The notes below the pieces were generated by a model. That model was not told where the DNA came from and ran no database searches. It saw nothing but the letters and a program-made list of their open reading frames with translations. Shown here piece after piece: positions 12,944-27,961 of a DNA stretch of 64,000 nucleotides; position 1 is the first letter of the stretch, and each line of letters starts with the position of its first letter. A program made the position numbers and the translations under genes. The stretch is from positions 63,659,799 through 63,723,798 of the forward strand of contig JARFYF010000104.1 of the NCBI GenBank assembly GCA_030265395.1, given 5' to 3'. The DNA comes from Rhina ancylostomus. Its lineage: Eukaryota.

Positions 12944-15900
12944 TTTACTAAAAAAAACTTAACAAGGATTTATATTGAAATTCTTAATATTCACTTTTAA
13001 TGTTTCCCACCAGTCTGCTGTCATATTGTCTCTCTCTCCCACCCCACCCTAAGATAACCAAGCCCTCCTTTGCCAACTTCTGAAGTGCTCAAAATCCTCA
13101 GACCTACTGCTATTTCTGGAAACTTCCTTGAATGAATGCCATTTTAAAAATGTTCTTGTCAGTCAAAGACAATTCACATCTCATCTAAATGGCATCATCT
13201 CTCACTACAGCCTTCCCTCAGTACCACATGGAGTGTTGTTCTAGATTTATGGATTTCTTTCCAAGGCTCCAAAGAAAGGATAATCAACATCTTCCACTGT
13301 GCTAATTGATTTCTGTGGGAAAACTCAAGATATGGGTTCAGTGAGCTTTCTTCATCACTTGATTTTCAGCAATGGACTAGGATAACACATCATAACCCAA
13401 AGAGTCCACAGAAAACACCTCTCTTTAAATACACTTTTACTGCAACCTTTTAACTGTACACTCAAACCTGAAGGATTAATGATTAACCTGAATTTGCTGA
13501 AGAGCTGATGGCATCATGCATCAATTAAACACAACTCTTTGGTTACCAGCCACCCAGTCAAAAGGGAGAGAGTGTAAAATGTCTCTATATGGGCATCCAG
13601 TGATTGATATGCTAATATAGTTTCAACATTGCAATCACATCTGTTAACAATGAAAAATGGTAAGCATTTTATGTTGCTATCTGAAATGAATGATTTACAG
13701 GAGTGATTAGGCAACTTCTATTAAAGCCTTGAATACCCCACAATCAAGAGTTTAAAAATCTGTTAAATTTCACTACTAACCAAATCTATTTCAACCTTCC
13801 GTTCTAGAGATTTATCAAGTTCAGAAATTGAGCATTACCCCAAGCACTTTCAGTTATTACACTCTGACTTAAAACCACCAAGTCATATTGCCATACAACA
13901 TTCAAGACAAAACCTAGTGTTTTGAACAGGAAAGCTATGAGCCTCAAGAGTGAAAATGTCCAGAAATACACTTATAAGTTCACCTTTTTATGTAGAAAAT
14001 TTCTCGTTAATTTTAATGAAGTGTTAGCAATAACTATGGTAATGCCACTAGTTGCCATTACTCTATACATTAGGCGTCAATAATGGGCAAAGGTTTCTAT
14101 GCTTTTCTGAGCAGCTCATTAGTGCCAATGCATCTAACAAAACCAATAATCACATAACACAAGTGCATTGCAATTTCCAAAACAGTATACATACACAAAA
14201 CATTCTACTGAATTGTAGTTTCACCATTTGAAAGTTCAGAATTTGTTACCTCTATGTAACTGTGGCACAAATGTAAGATTTTGACCAAGTTTCCTCATGG
14301 ATCATCCATCTGTAACATAGTGGAAAGATCAATGCAAGATTGTTGAAACAATAACAACAAAGCCTACTCTGAATCCCACTGATCCAAGAAAATCCCGTAG
14401 CAAGCGCAAAATAGATTTTCAACCCAGTTGCTTGGTTACCAGGGATTCTACCAAGGGTCTTGAGCTCAAATTCTAGGCTGATACTGGATTACATGACTGA
14501 GGTTTACATGCTCTGGTTTAGAATTTAAACAAAAGGCCCCGTCTTCCCCCTTGCATAAATATAAAACAAATCCCAATACACTATCTTAAAAGGGTGTAGA
14601 GAAGTTGATAATATATTTATCCCTCAAGAAACAGATCAATGACTCATGAGTCATTTGCACATTCCCATTGTGTGGAACTTTTCTCTGCATTAACCTGGTT
14701 GCCATTTTTCTGCATAACAACAGTGGTACTTCAAGGTGGTTCACTGATAAGGCCATTGGGAACATTCCAAGGTTGTGAAAGGTTATGTCAGAGAAGCCTG
14801 GCCTCCTTTGAGGACTTTGATGTATCAATTTACTTGACTTTCCATATAAAACATTGATTTTTCTATATGGAATGGAGAGGATTTTGAAAAATAATTACAT
14901 CTTTCAAACTGTTAAAGAGAATTTCTTTTCTCCAACTACACCAGAGATGAGAGCTTTTACAAACTGAAGTACTGAAAATCAAGTGAAAGTCAATGGGATT
15001 AAAAGATAGTCTACAATTTTCTCAGGCTAAGAAGTTTGGTGTCACTCCAAATATTCTTGCCAAACTCTGAGCAGAGATTGTTGAAAATGTTTCAAAGTGC
15101 AGTGACACGGTAAGACAAAGAATGTTGTGCTTTTGCACTAAGTCAGTGAAAGAGCTTCAAATAGGAATGAAAAGGGAAGAGACCTTGTGAGAGAAGTTCC
15201 TTTATGTCTCACTGCATTTCTGAGTGTATACCTTTTTTATAAATAAATAGATAGATAGATAGATAAAATGAAATAGCATATAGGAGAGCAGTAGCCAGTC
15301 TGTGGATAACAGTCCGAACGTCTGACCATCTTCTATTAGGTAGATACTCAATTTTTCTTGGTGTCTCACAAATCCCTCCCTGATATTGCTCAAGCTCCCT
15401 GATGCATCCCACCTCATCAAGCTCCCCAAAGACCCCAATGCTGTCAAGACTAACTTCACTTCTTTCCTCTAACCTTTGAGTATTTGATGCAGATACTGGG
15501 TGCTTAGAATAGGGAGATTCTATTACTTACACATCCTGCTTCATCAATGGGTGCACACTGAATTTTTTCCCCAACTTTGGTGTGGGAATGCCAAATTAAC
15601 CATTTGTCCCAGGTGAGACAGTGGGCTTTAACAACATTCAGAACCTAGGTTCATATCTCAGCTGCTGAGATGGAACAAGAATCATCTCCTTTAGCTGCAA
15701 AGATCAGTGAAACTGACTGGATTTTTCACAACTAGTTCCATTTGAGCACTGGTCAACAGCAACAAACTGATACTAAAAGAAAGGAAGAACTGGCAATCCA
15801 AACACACAATGTAGGGTGTGGAAAATTGCCAGTTTGGTCTAACAGGACAACTCTTGAGCTTGGGTACATTTGTGATATACTGCTGTGGACAGGGAGTTTG

Positions 15901-18900
15901 AGTACTAATGCTGACAATGGGTGCTTAGAATAGGAAGACTCCACTCCCTATGAATTAAGCTTCATTGACCAGGTTCAGAGCAAGATGTACATTTCATAAA
16001 TCTCTAATCACACAGTATTTGGCCACATTTCATCTTGCCTCCCAAACCAAAAACTTCTCCATTTCCACACAATAAAACTTCAACTTCCCTGGTGCACCAT
16101 CTCTTTAAATTTTAGAATCCAAGCAATCTCATATTCTGCACAATGTATCGAATCATGTCCATTTTCACTTCCCATTCTAACCCCAGATATTTTGTCAGCT
16201 GTCTTGATAAGAAAATTAGAAGACATCAGAATAGCAAACCCTTGAGGAACTCCAATTTACAGGATGCTAAACAAAACATTTCACCAAAAGGTCACCATGT
16301 AGGTTGTAATGAAGAGTGACTCACAAGCTTACCAGCAGCCACTGGAAGCGTGTCCATTATTTGTTCCCTTCACACCTGCAGTACTCATAATATTTTACAT
16401 GAACTATATGTAAACTAGAATACAATTCCCAGAGATATTGGGTACTGGTTTCTTTCACCTGAAGAGTGGGGAGGGGTGGGAAAAGGAAGAACTGTGGCTC
16501 CAAAGGACATTGGTATCAAGGGTTTATATTATCAAGGGTTTGCACATCACCCAGCAGTTTTCGGACCTGTAGAAGACAGACCAATTAGTGCAAAGTAGGA
16601 CTTACATTTCTTCCAGGAAAAAGAGCCTAATGTTCCCTTTGATCACTCACACAGTTATAAAAGGAAAGAATCAGATTCAAAGTAGACACATAATTTTAAG
16701 AGCTAGCAAATAAAAATAAAACTATACAGTGCATTGCTAACACTCAATATTACTGCTAGAAGATCCATCAGGGACATGTCCAAGATGCTCCTAGTTTTAT
16801 TAAAGTTACTTTTACAAAACAAAGTTTTACAACTACCTATCGGCATTGAGAGCCATTTGTTTATCTTAATTCCAATAAAACATGCAAACCACAATATATT
16901 TCAGTCACACATTGTTAACTCAAAATCTAGTGCCTGTCTGGTAGCCAGATGTAGTAATCTTTTTGAATGCAAATCACTGAAAAAAGCATAACCATTCTAG
17001 GACATGGCAAAAGAAAACCAGGGCATTCCTAAAGTATAATTTATAAGTAATCATACAAATCCAAGCCAAAGGAGAAATTTTAAATAGAAAAATACCTGCA
17101 TGTGTGACATCATATTCACCACAGCTACTTTGCAAAAGACAGCAGTGCTCCCCCAACTTGAAAGCACAAAGTCAGGTAGAAATATATCATGTATATCTGA
17201 ATAAGTCTCAGTGCAGTGCCTACACTGCAGCAGATAGGGATTAGAGAGAGAGCAAGCACTGCAGTAAGCATGATGTAATAAAATATCCAACCTCCTCTGT
17301 TGGCTGCAAACATTTGGTGCAATTCAAGGCAGCCTTTAGTGACTTAAACTGCAAGTTCACATTGAACATAAAAATCTCATTGAAATTAAATAGAGCAGAA
17401 CTTGCAGTGAGCACACACAGACAAACATTGAGTGGAAGAAACTCATTTTGCCTGCCAGCAACAGCAGATTAATTCAGTAGAAACTACTAATCAATGATTT
17501 GTGAACATAACTGGCAGTTGTGAAATTATAAGAGTCTTTTGCAGGCAACTGGGATGGTATCTCCCTTTATGCTAAAAGGATGCTCATCTAAAACAAGTCA
17601 CTTTGAAAATGAAGTAAATGGTGTGTTCACCTAAAATAATGAAAATATTCATTATCAGAAACATTTAAGATTCCATTCAAACCCATTCACATATCACTGG
17701 GTAGCCCAACAAGCTAAAATTATGTTGACAAAATGCTGCATCTTGGAGATATCAAAAACAAATTCAGAAGCCTCAAGCTGAAGAGTTGTCAATGCAATGG
17801 AAGCTTACCATTACTCTGTACTCATAGGGTACATTTAACAACTTCACTCATCTTCCTCTACCTTCCAAATTACTTGAGTTTTAATTCTTAAAGTAATGTT
17901 AATCATTGTCTGCATCTGCTCAGCGCCAAACTAATAAAACCCCCAGATATTTGTAAAATAGCTGATCACCATAAACTAAGCAATCTTTAAAAGTGTAAAT
18001 AGCCATGTGAATTGCTGCTCCTTTGCAAATAAATTCAGTGAATAAAGCAACTTCCCCATACTTTACAACATTCTTGCATATTCAAGAACAAACACATGAT
18101 CTTTTGGAAAAGAATCAGTACTGTCACCTCTGGGTTTGCTGTTGGGAACCATCACAAGTTCTTTCATACCACAGTTCAGAACAGCCCACCTTATTTTGCA
18201 AGGCAGCCTGGAAGTAACCTCACAGTGAAAGGAAACCCTGTAACTTCCAGATTACCACCTCAATGCTGTCGGACAGACAATCTGGCCTACACCAGGATGT
18301 GTTGAGTTCCAACTTCCTCCAAAAGTGATAAGAGAACCATTGTTACCTGCAGCTTACCAGCTCAAATGGAGGTCATCCAGATCCTGATGCACACCATGCA
18401 TGGGAGGCTTCAAATAAATTCTAAATGGAGCCAAATTATGCAGAATCCTCAAATACTTCTACTGACCGGACTTCAGGGGCAAGATCAGTGAAGTAGCAGC
18501 TGAATGATAAACTAAGCCAAAAGGTGCTTCACCAGTTAATCCTGCTGTGTTTATGGACTCTGACAAATGCCCCCCAACAGTCAAAGCAATTTCCCCTTAG
18601 CCAAGGATGTTTCTTCCAGACCTCACCAACAGAGCTTCATAGGTTCCTGAACTAAACTATAAAAGAGATTGAATTACTGAGTTCCAAAACAAAACCTATC
18701 AAAATGTGGAACAGCATCAGCAAGAGCAAAGCAGAAAAAATATTCAGGTCTGATGAAGGGTCATTGACCTTTTTTTTACATTAACTATTTCCTACCCATT
18801 GATGCTGCCTTACCTGATGAGTTAGTTTTTAAAACTTGGTTTTTATTTGCACTTGCAGTTTTGTTCATTTTTGATTCATGAAATGGCAGCTGTTCTGTGG

Positions 18901-20629
18901 AATGATTTTTGTTGTAAATGAAATAGGAGAGATAACTTGTAGGATTGTTAACATTTTCCCATCGAAATTTATATATTTGCATGGAATTGAAAAAGTGGCT
19001 CAGTCATTCTTACAATGCTAAATTACATAAAAATCCTCTAACCCTTCAAACAACAGAACATCTAATCTCTTAGAAAAATCAATCCTTTAATTATTTAAAA
19101 TTAATTTAAAAATCTTAAATTGGAATGGGATCAGGCCTAAGAAATACATTCCATTTAAAAGGTATTTCAATTTCATTATTGCAAGTACAGAAAATTGAAT
19201 CATTTTATTTAAATAATTTGGAAGTCAAAAAACAAAAATTATGGTTGCTGCTGCCGCCTGGTTTGTATTTAAGAAATAATGATACCAAACTGTGAATATC
19301 ACATACAATTAGGTAATCAGTACTTGCCAATGATAAAAATCAAAGCTACAGGTAAAACAAATTAAATTATAGATTACGCTATACAGATATCAATGCATTT
19401 TAAAGAATTTTACTCTTGGCTTAGAAAGTGAATCATCATGGTAAATTAGAAACAATTATTGTACTAATGCTCATTTAAAACAAAAATATGGTCTGAAGTT
19501 ACACAATCCAGTTTCCAAACCATCCAGTGAGGATAGAGGAACTGAATAGAAGCTACAACAGACAAGAGACACTTAAATTGGGAAACATGAAGTGTGCTGG
19601 TTGCTTACAGGACGCAGACTGCTGGATTAAAATTCAAGGATAAAAACAATACAAAAAAGTAAACCAAAATTATCTGAAAAGGGAAAAAACAGGTTGATTT
19701 AGCAAACCAACAGAAGTTGTTAAATATCATCTCTGCAAAAAACTATTTTTCCCCCCACAAGGGTTCAATCATACAAAGATTTGAAATAAATACCCTTCTC
19801 CCACCTGCACACCATCCCACTCATGTAAAAGGTCCACAAGACCAAGAATTTTGACTTTTGCAGAAAAAGCATCATCCTAGTTAGATTTATAGAAAAGATT
19901 ACACTTTGCATTTCATCTGTTCCAAGGAGGGGCTGATAAATATTATATTCTTGTATGAGGATCTGTTCAAACAAATCAAGCATGAAAAGCAAACCCCATG
20001 AACAATATGTAGAAAACTGGAGTGGCTTCCAAATAAGAGCTGCTTCCCAAATAGCAATGTGATTTTCACCCATCAATAAAAGTGAATGGACATGATCTTC
20101 ACCTTGCATCAATGCCAAGAAAAAAAAATGCAGCAAATAGCTCAAACATCATACAGAGCCTTTGACTGTTAATTGAACTGAAGTGGAGAATCCTTGTCAA
20201 ATTTGGTTGCCCTGAGAAATTAGTCTTGATTCAACACCTGCTACACGATGAATTCAATCATTTACTTCAATTTTTCTTGCATCTCACGAATTAATAAGTA
20301 GCCTGCTGGTGAAATTAATCATTAGGATGTATAAGAAACGGTTTAACCTATATCTCTTTTGCTCCAGAACCTCAAAAAAAAATCAAGCTGCAATACACAG
20401 TCAACACTAGTGTTGGAGTACACCTACCAAATGCAAAGAAACAAAGGTTCTCCATCAACCTGCCCTTCTGTACACCACCCACTAACAATAAGGCCCACAA
20501 GACGACCCTGGAAAACATACCACAGAAACCACCTCTCAGTCAAGGCAGTGATCCACAATGACATTCACCATCACTGGTGAAGGCTACCCAAAAGAAAAAA
20601 GTGTGTTCAAAGATCAAGACCTCAAACCT

Positions 20630-22030
20630 GGTGAAAAGTTCAAGGTAATCATGGATTTTTGCATCTTAGTCAGTCACAGATGAGGTATAAGAAGACCAGA
20701 AGATAGCTAATGTTGTCCCCTTTTTCCAAAAAGGGTAGTAGGGATAAGGCTGGAAACTACAGTGAGCCTTCCATCAATAGAAGGGTAGTTATTGAAGATT
20801 ATAAAAAGGGATAATATTTATGTTCACTTGGAAAAGGCAGGGACTGATTAGGGGGAATCAGAATGGTTTTGTGCAGGGGAGATCATGTCTCACAAATCTG
20901 ATTGTGTTTTTGGTTGGTAGCAAAGAAGATGGATGAAGGGCGGGAGATAGATATTGTCTATATGGAATTTAAGGCTTCTGACAAGGTCCTGCATTGTAGG
21001 CTGGTCCAGAAGGTTAAGACCCAAATCACCCAAGACATATAAGTGAACTGAATCCAAAATTTGACTGGGTGATAGGAGGCAGAAATTTGTGGTGAGTTGG
21101 TGTTTTTACTGACTGGAGATCTGTTACAAATGGTATACCACAGGGATTGGTGCTGGGACCTTTAAGTTTACAGACCACACAAAAATTGGAGTAGAAGATT
21201 GTTTCGAGATACAGTGGGACATAGATCAACTAGAAAGTTGGGCAGAGCAGTGGCATATGGAATTTAACCCAGACAAGTGCAAGGTCATACATTTTGGGAG
21301 GAAATATTTCATTAAGACATACAGAATAAAAAAAATGACAGGGAACTCAGGAGCACTGATAGAGAGAGACCTTGGGATGCAAATCCATTGCTCCCCAAAA
21401 GGAGTCACACACGCATAAAGGGAGTTAAAAAGGCATTTAATATGCTTGCCTTCCTAGGCTGACGCACTGAGTATAAGAGTTAGGACATTATGTTGCAGTT
21501 ATACAAAACACTGATGAGATAGCACTCAAGTATTATGTATAGTTCTGGTCGCCACACCACAGGAAGGATGTGGTAGCAATACAGAGTGTGCAGAAGAAAT
21601 TCACCAGGATATTACCTGGAATGGAGGACTGTAGTTACAAGGAGGCATTGAATAAGCTGGGCTTATTCTCACTGGAATGTAGGAAGGTGAGGGTGACCTT
21701 ATAGAGCCTTACAAACTTGAGAGGCATAAACAGGACAGAGAGAATCTTATTCCCAGGGCAGGGGAGTTTAGAACAAGAAGGCACAGGTTTAAAGTGAAAG
21801 GGGAGAAATTTTAGGGATATCCAAGGGGGTAAATTTTCCCCCAGAGGGCAGTGAATATTTAGAATGAATATTTAGACAGATACCAATATAACATTAAAAG
21901 GCATTTGGACAGGTACTTGGATAAGAAAGGAATACTGAGATACGAGCTTAAAATAGGCAAAAAGGATCAGTGTAGACAGGCATCATGGTTGGCACAGACA
22001 AGGTGGGCAGTATATTTTTATGATTCTGTC
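20630..22030 (+). mobile_element. 5'-truncated CR1 LINE (RT to 3' UTR), decayed
   Basis: Reads ANVVPFFQKGSRDKAGNY; GFVQGRSCLTNL; GIPQGLVLGP; EFNPDKCKVIHFG; .FWSPHHRKDV; then the standard CR1 3' end. Confidence 0.9.
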
Positions 22031-22069
22031 TCTAATGGTCCAAAGGGCAACATTAATCCTATATACTTC

Positions 22070-22540
22070 AGAGACATAGACTGCCTCTGCCATCTCAACA
22101 ACAGCTTCCTAATCAATTGGCAAGTTAAGCAAACCAAGGTCAGTCTTGTCTCCCAGGGCAACATCCCCAGCATAGAGCCTCAAATTGTACTCTGCTGGCT
22201 CCAATGGGCAAGCCACGCCTTTGTATGGCCAACTTCAGACTCCCAAAACAGACATAGTTCCCTCGCAGCAAGAAAATGAGGAAAAGGCACATGCTCTCAA
22301 ATCTTCCTTGAAATAAAAATGACACCTCCATTAATTACTATGGGTTCTTGGCAATTGACAACTCAAGATAGAGGAGCACGTAGGACAACGTGGAGAACAG
22401 AGTCTCTTTGGTCAAGAGCTTTCAAGCACCTAGTGAAAGGAAGTGTTCCACCTCCCATGCTACCTACTGCATCAAGTGGCCCCTCGCTCACCTGGAGCAG
22501 AGCTTGTGGATTCCACAATGATCACATCGGCCACTTCAGT
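22070..22540 (+). mobile_element. RTE-clade LINE 3' fragment
   Basis: cccagcatagagcct..ctgg..cagactcccaaaacag..ctcaaatcttccttg; related to 3440-3760. Confidence 0.55.
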
Positions 22541-24169
22541 ATGCAGAGGTAGTGATGGTGAGGAGCAAGAAAAGGATTGCTTTCAACACCCAGCTTCAGA
22601 CTAGACTACCCCTCCTCCATTTTGAGCAGTTATAAGCCCTAAGGCACATCACTGCATTTACTTGATTACTGTGGATCTTCCCTACACATGACCAGTTGCC
22701 ATCTCCTCCTACTGATCAACTGGTACCTCCTACCAGCATCATCCAAGGCACACTTGGCAATGAGAAACCAAGGGCTAGGAGTTAAAACATTGTCAAAAAA
22801 GTTTATCTGAATCTTTGTAAACCCTTTTATGGGCACCCAAATCATGAGAATAAATGTGTTTACATTCATCACTACCACTATGTGAAAACAAGGAAGTACT
22901 CATAAAAATCAGTATAATGGATGTCTAGCAATCAACTCTCAAGATAAAATATCAATTGTTTACATTAGTTATATTTCCCAAAGCTTTTAACCACTTACTT
23001 CATTTCAATTTTTCCAAGGCAAATTTCCTTCATGACTTTGGTTCAGTCTAAATGTACTTTTATCATAAAAGAGGCAAGTTTTCAATTTCCCAAAATAAAT
23101 GGAATCAGAACATCTCCGGGCAGCTTGGGTCTCTCCAATTTCTTATCCTCTTAAAAACTAAAAGGTCCAGCCAACTTTACATACTTCTCTCACCAACAGT
23201 ATCTTTCATATTCCTGAACAGAATCCAAGGAAAAGCTCACAGCCTAATGGATAATTTCCCCCTTGTACAAGGAAATGTTATTTTATAGTTTGGAAAAAAT
23301 TAATAGATTCCTATAACTATACAAGTCAGACTACTGTCTTAGAATATCACCTGAAAGCAAATCAAACCCCAAAGGTACCAATATGATCCAGCTCTATTTT
23401 ACCATTACCCTTCCTCTCTTAAGCTGGTTGGGCAATCGTCACAGTTTATGGACAAATTCAGAGATGAGCAGAAATTTTCTCTAAACAAATACAAGGTCTG
23501 ATGCCATTGTCCTTGGGCCCAGCCATAAACTGCATATTAACCACAAATGAGCTTCATATTACACATCCGCTTCATCATCAAAAGTGCTTTTGTCTCCATG
23601 CCCCAAAGCATGGGCTACTGATTACCTGTAGACTTGATTATTCAAAAGCAACTTGAATTCATTGGAAACATTACTGTTCACAACTTTACACACCAAAACC
23701 TATTCACCACTTGCCTTGGGCTCACTGACCTACAGAGACTACTGGTTTTACAATGACGCCAATAATAAAATTCTTGCTTTCAAATCCCTTGGGTCTTACC
23801 CAGTCACCTCTAGGCTTAGAACCTTGTATCTCACTGCTCCAATGCACTCCCAAATTAACTCACTTCACCAGCTCATTTAATCACCAAGACCACAAACTCT
23901 GCAATTCTTTGCTTAAACTTCTCCACCTCCATGACACTCCTTAAGATCTAGCTTTGTCCAAGCCATTGGTCACCTGTCCAACCATTTTCATTGGTGGCTT
24001 GGTGTCTTAGTTTGTATTTTCTATGTGAAAACTGACAAATTCAACATGTTATCAGAACTGATGATTTAAGAAACATGGATCACTCTGGCTGGCTCTTAGT
24101 GTTAGAAATCCTCAAAAACAATATCAACTCAAGCTGTCCAAAGGGTTTTAAAAAACATGAATTAAGATA

Positions 24170-24450
24170 TCCTTATTAGTCATATGTACATCGAAACACA
24201 GTGAAATGCACCTTTTGTATAGAGTGTTTGGGGGCAGCCCACAAGTGTTGCCACGCTTCTGGCACCAACATTGCATGCCCACAACTTCCTAACCTGCAAG
24301 TCTTTTTTGAATGTGGGAGGAAACTGGAGCACCCGGAGGAAACCCACACAGACACAGGGAGAATGTACAAACTCCTTACATTCAGCAGCTGGAATTGGAC
24401 CTGGGTCGCTGGTGCTGTAATAGCATTACGCTGACTGCTACACTACAATG
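24170..24450 (-). mobile_element. V-SINE-like SINE, relatively young
   Basis: gggaggaaactggagcacccggaggaaacccacacagacacagggagaatgtacaaactcc (reverse V-domain) plus a tRNA-like head. Confidence 0.8.
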
Positions 24451-27400
24451 CATGGCAATGATTAAGAACTAAAGAACATAAATCCAAAACAGCAAATAAG
24501 TGACATTTTCCAGGGTCTCGTTATGGAGACAGAAATTGAGCAGTACATAAGAACTCTCTAACATCAAGAAGGTACTGTCACATCAGTCTGACAAAGCTCA
24601 TTAGGGCCTTTTTATAGGCATTTCCTTGGTAAAATACAACAATGCAGTCACATTTATCCAAATAGGGATCAAATGTTCAAATCAAAACTAAAGTTTGAAC
24701 TCCCAACACAACATTTTTGTATCTCCAGTGTCATTTATGCTATTCAATAAGAATTTGTAACATCTTAGCCCACAATTCCAAATTGTAAACACACTACAGC
24801 AAGTCTTGTTTACACTTATACTTCACTTCCTTTGTAATGAGATCAACAGCTGCTTTCCCCAATTCATGTTAATTTTGAGATCTGTCCAAAGACTGCCAGC
24901 TTCCTCTGAATGCCATAGTTTCCAAACATTTTTTCCAAAAAGTGTCCACTTTTCCATTGATGCTTAAATTATACATTTCTCCACACATTCCAACTGTCCC
25001 TTTCAAATGCACTTTTTCTTAAAAATCTGTCCAAATTCTGACACAACCTCCCTTTGCCCATTTCATAGTCTAGTTTTCGACTTAGGTTTGCTAAACTGTC
25101 AATAAATTTGAATATATATGTGGACGCCCTTAACTAACTCATTGCTACAAACTGAAACAGCACTTCTCCTTGTAGTGACACAAGAGACTGCAGATACCAG
25201 AAATCTGAAGAAACACAAAAGAACAATCCTTGTGGTGGTACTCTAGTTCCAGCCTGCCATTCCAAAAGGTGGTGTACCTTTTCTACACTGTTTTCATTCC
25301 AATGATCAATCCTTATTCTGTAACAAAGTGGGATAATCATTTGACAATATTCAGTTTTGATACCTTTTCTGATATTTTTAAAATCTCATCTGCCACACAA
25401 GTTCTTGAGTTAGCGTTTGACACATTGAGGTTTTATCTTGCTTGAGTAAATCAAGTTTTTACTTGATCCATTCAGATTTCCTTGCTCTTTAACCATGATT
25501 TAGGCATCTTCTCTATTCACATCAGGCTTGCTTGCTATTTTCTCTCACCCTTCTATCCAAAATTGAGCAAGTACATTTGTTACCTTCCAGCAAAGGCCAC
25601 AAAACAGGACAAACAAAAACCTTTCCTTTGATTTAAGAGGGAAAATTCTGCTGCGTTGCAGCTACGATGTTGGGTAATACAATTTTTGGTAGACAAGTCT
25701 TGCTTAATTTAAACTCAAAATTCTTCTGGAAACAACCAAAAATTGAAATCAAGAGAATCTCAATTTGACAATTTTTGTGACCAAATGCAATTTTAACAGC
25801 ATCCTATGAAGGTGTGTGAAAAACAAAAGTAAAAATTCAGCAGCCAATCTGCACGGTGCATGGTCTCAAAAAGCCAATGAATACATAACTAATCTGTTTT
25901 GCCAATGTTCACCGAGGGAGGAATGCTTGGTATGAAACCAGAACAACAGAGTTCTCCTTCTAATAATGCCACAGGACTTCTTGCATTGGAGCAGACAGGC
26001 CAGTCCTCTGTTCAACAATTTCAAAAAGACACCATACCGACAAGTTTGAGAACTGCACAGAAATGGGTTAGATACACAAGTCTGCAGTGGGACAGGTCCC
26101 TCACTTCTTTGTTCAGTCAGTCAATCTTTCTCCACCTCTAATTCCTCTCTTAAAGTTCTTTTGTCACTTGAACTAATAGCTCTTATTTCAGCTGTCAGCT
26201 TTATGCCGGATTAGTCCAATGCAGCACCTCAGAACATACTGCTTAAAAATAAAAGGCACTATGAAAGTTAAAGTGATATTTCAAGCATACATGTAGTCTA
26301 AGTTGGTATGTTTAAAATCTGCATTTAGATTTAANNNNNNNNNNNNNNNNNNNNNNNNNNNNNNNNNNNNNNNNNNNNNNNNNNNNNNNNNNNNNNNNNN
26401 NNNNNNNNNNNNNNNNNNNNNNNNNNNNNNNNNNAATCTGCATTTAGATTTAAAATCCAGAAAAAAATAATAAAAAGTTCTATAGCTTTCCCAGATAATT
26501 TTAGGTGGAAAAGTGCAAGAAAATGCAGGCAAGCTTGGAGCAAGTATGCTGAATAGTGTAATACTTAGATTTTCAAACTGGAGATCATACAGGAGAGAGA
26601 AGACAGGCAAGTCTTCTTGTATATAAAACTAGAGATGGAAGACGTTATACATATCATTCTTATTCATTGTCCATACCTACTGTGGAAGAACAATTTCTCT
26701 CGAAGAAGTGAAATGCATTATAAATTTGGGTACTGATATTTGGTTTTGTCCCATTTGCATTCCCAAAGATTCGGGAGTGTGCCTTGGACAAAAATCAAAC
26801 CCGAATTACTCTGATAAACACAATCTAATCAAAGCAAAAGCTTTCCATTTTTATCTCCAAAGAGGTGGAGGATTGGATTTTTCTCTTTTCAGAGTGAACA
26901 TCTGCAATTAAATTGTTGCTGAAAGTGCCATCCTTCACATGATACTTTTTGTCAGGCCTTGTCCATTCTCTCAGGTCAATGTAAACTGTTCTACGGTATT
27001 ATAGAAAAACTGAAAATGTTGTCAGGTCAGATAATGCTTGACCTGGCCCATTCCTTATGCTTTTTGACCGTAGTGCTCCCGTGGACACATTTCATTTTCT
27101 AGTCCCGTGCATCCCACTGAGTTTGACACTTTACCATTGCAGCCATATAGCCTGGCAGAACAGTCCATAAACAATGAGGCCTCTAGCATCTGCTCATCCA
27201 ACGCTGTGCCCCCACCCCCCAAGCTGGTTCAATACTTCTGTACTGCAATATGTAGAATGAGATAAGGTTGACCTTGGAAATAGCAGCTAGTTTGCGATTC
27301 TCGACAGGATGACTGGAAAAAGCCATGTTTAAGGCCTTTGAAAATCTTGAGATTTTAAACTGGGGAGGTATTTCAAAAGGAAAACAATGTAAAAACTGGG

Positions 27401-27640
27401 CAAGCCTCATTTTTAAGCAGTATCACACCGAGAATCATATCAAGGCCCAAGAAAATGTGAAGAAACATACTAGAATATTACAGCAATTAAAGACGAGTTA
27501 ATCAGAGAGATGTGCAACTGAGGTTATTGCCCTTGCAGCCAAAAAAGAACAGAGAAATTGTGATAGAAGTGATCAAAATTATGATCTTAAAACAAAACAA
27601 GGAATAGTTTTCTGTGAGAAGGTGTACCCAGCATATGTAC

Positions 27641-27719
27641 AGATTTAAGTGAATTAACCAAGGAAGGAAGTAGGCCATGTCGACAGGTTTTTTGTGTTTT
27701 TGTTAAACTCTAGTTACTA
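27641..27719 (+). repeat. Left copy of 79-bp direct duplication flanking the 27.8-29.7 kb insert
   Basis: agatttaagtgaattaaccaaggaaggaagtaggccatgtcgacagg...ctctagttacta matches 29738-29816 with 3 mismatches; runs into the N gap. Confidence 0.9.
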
Positions 27720-27961
27720 NNNNNNNNNNNNNNNNNNNNNNNNNNNNNNNNNNNNNNNNNNNNNNNNNNNNNNNNNNNNNNNNNNNNNNNNNNNNNNNNN
27801 NNNNNNNNNNNNNNNNNNNCTGTGTTTGTCCTGAGGAAGTATCCTGACTCCAGTCTTGTATCAGTGTGCTGCATTTGGGTTCTCTGAGTTTTCTCTGGAT
27901 CAACATTGTGACAATTGGACTTATTTTGAATTTTTTTATTGGGATACCAGTGTAAAGGTGA

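Noticed and set aside
19765-20145. 126-aa minus-strand ORF
   Set aside because: No recognisable homology or convincing splice or start context.
26315-26455. Direct repeat aatctgcatttagatttaa on both sides of a gap
   Set aside because: Identical overlap across a 100-N gap; a scaffolding artefact, not a TSD.
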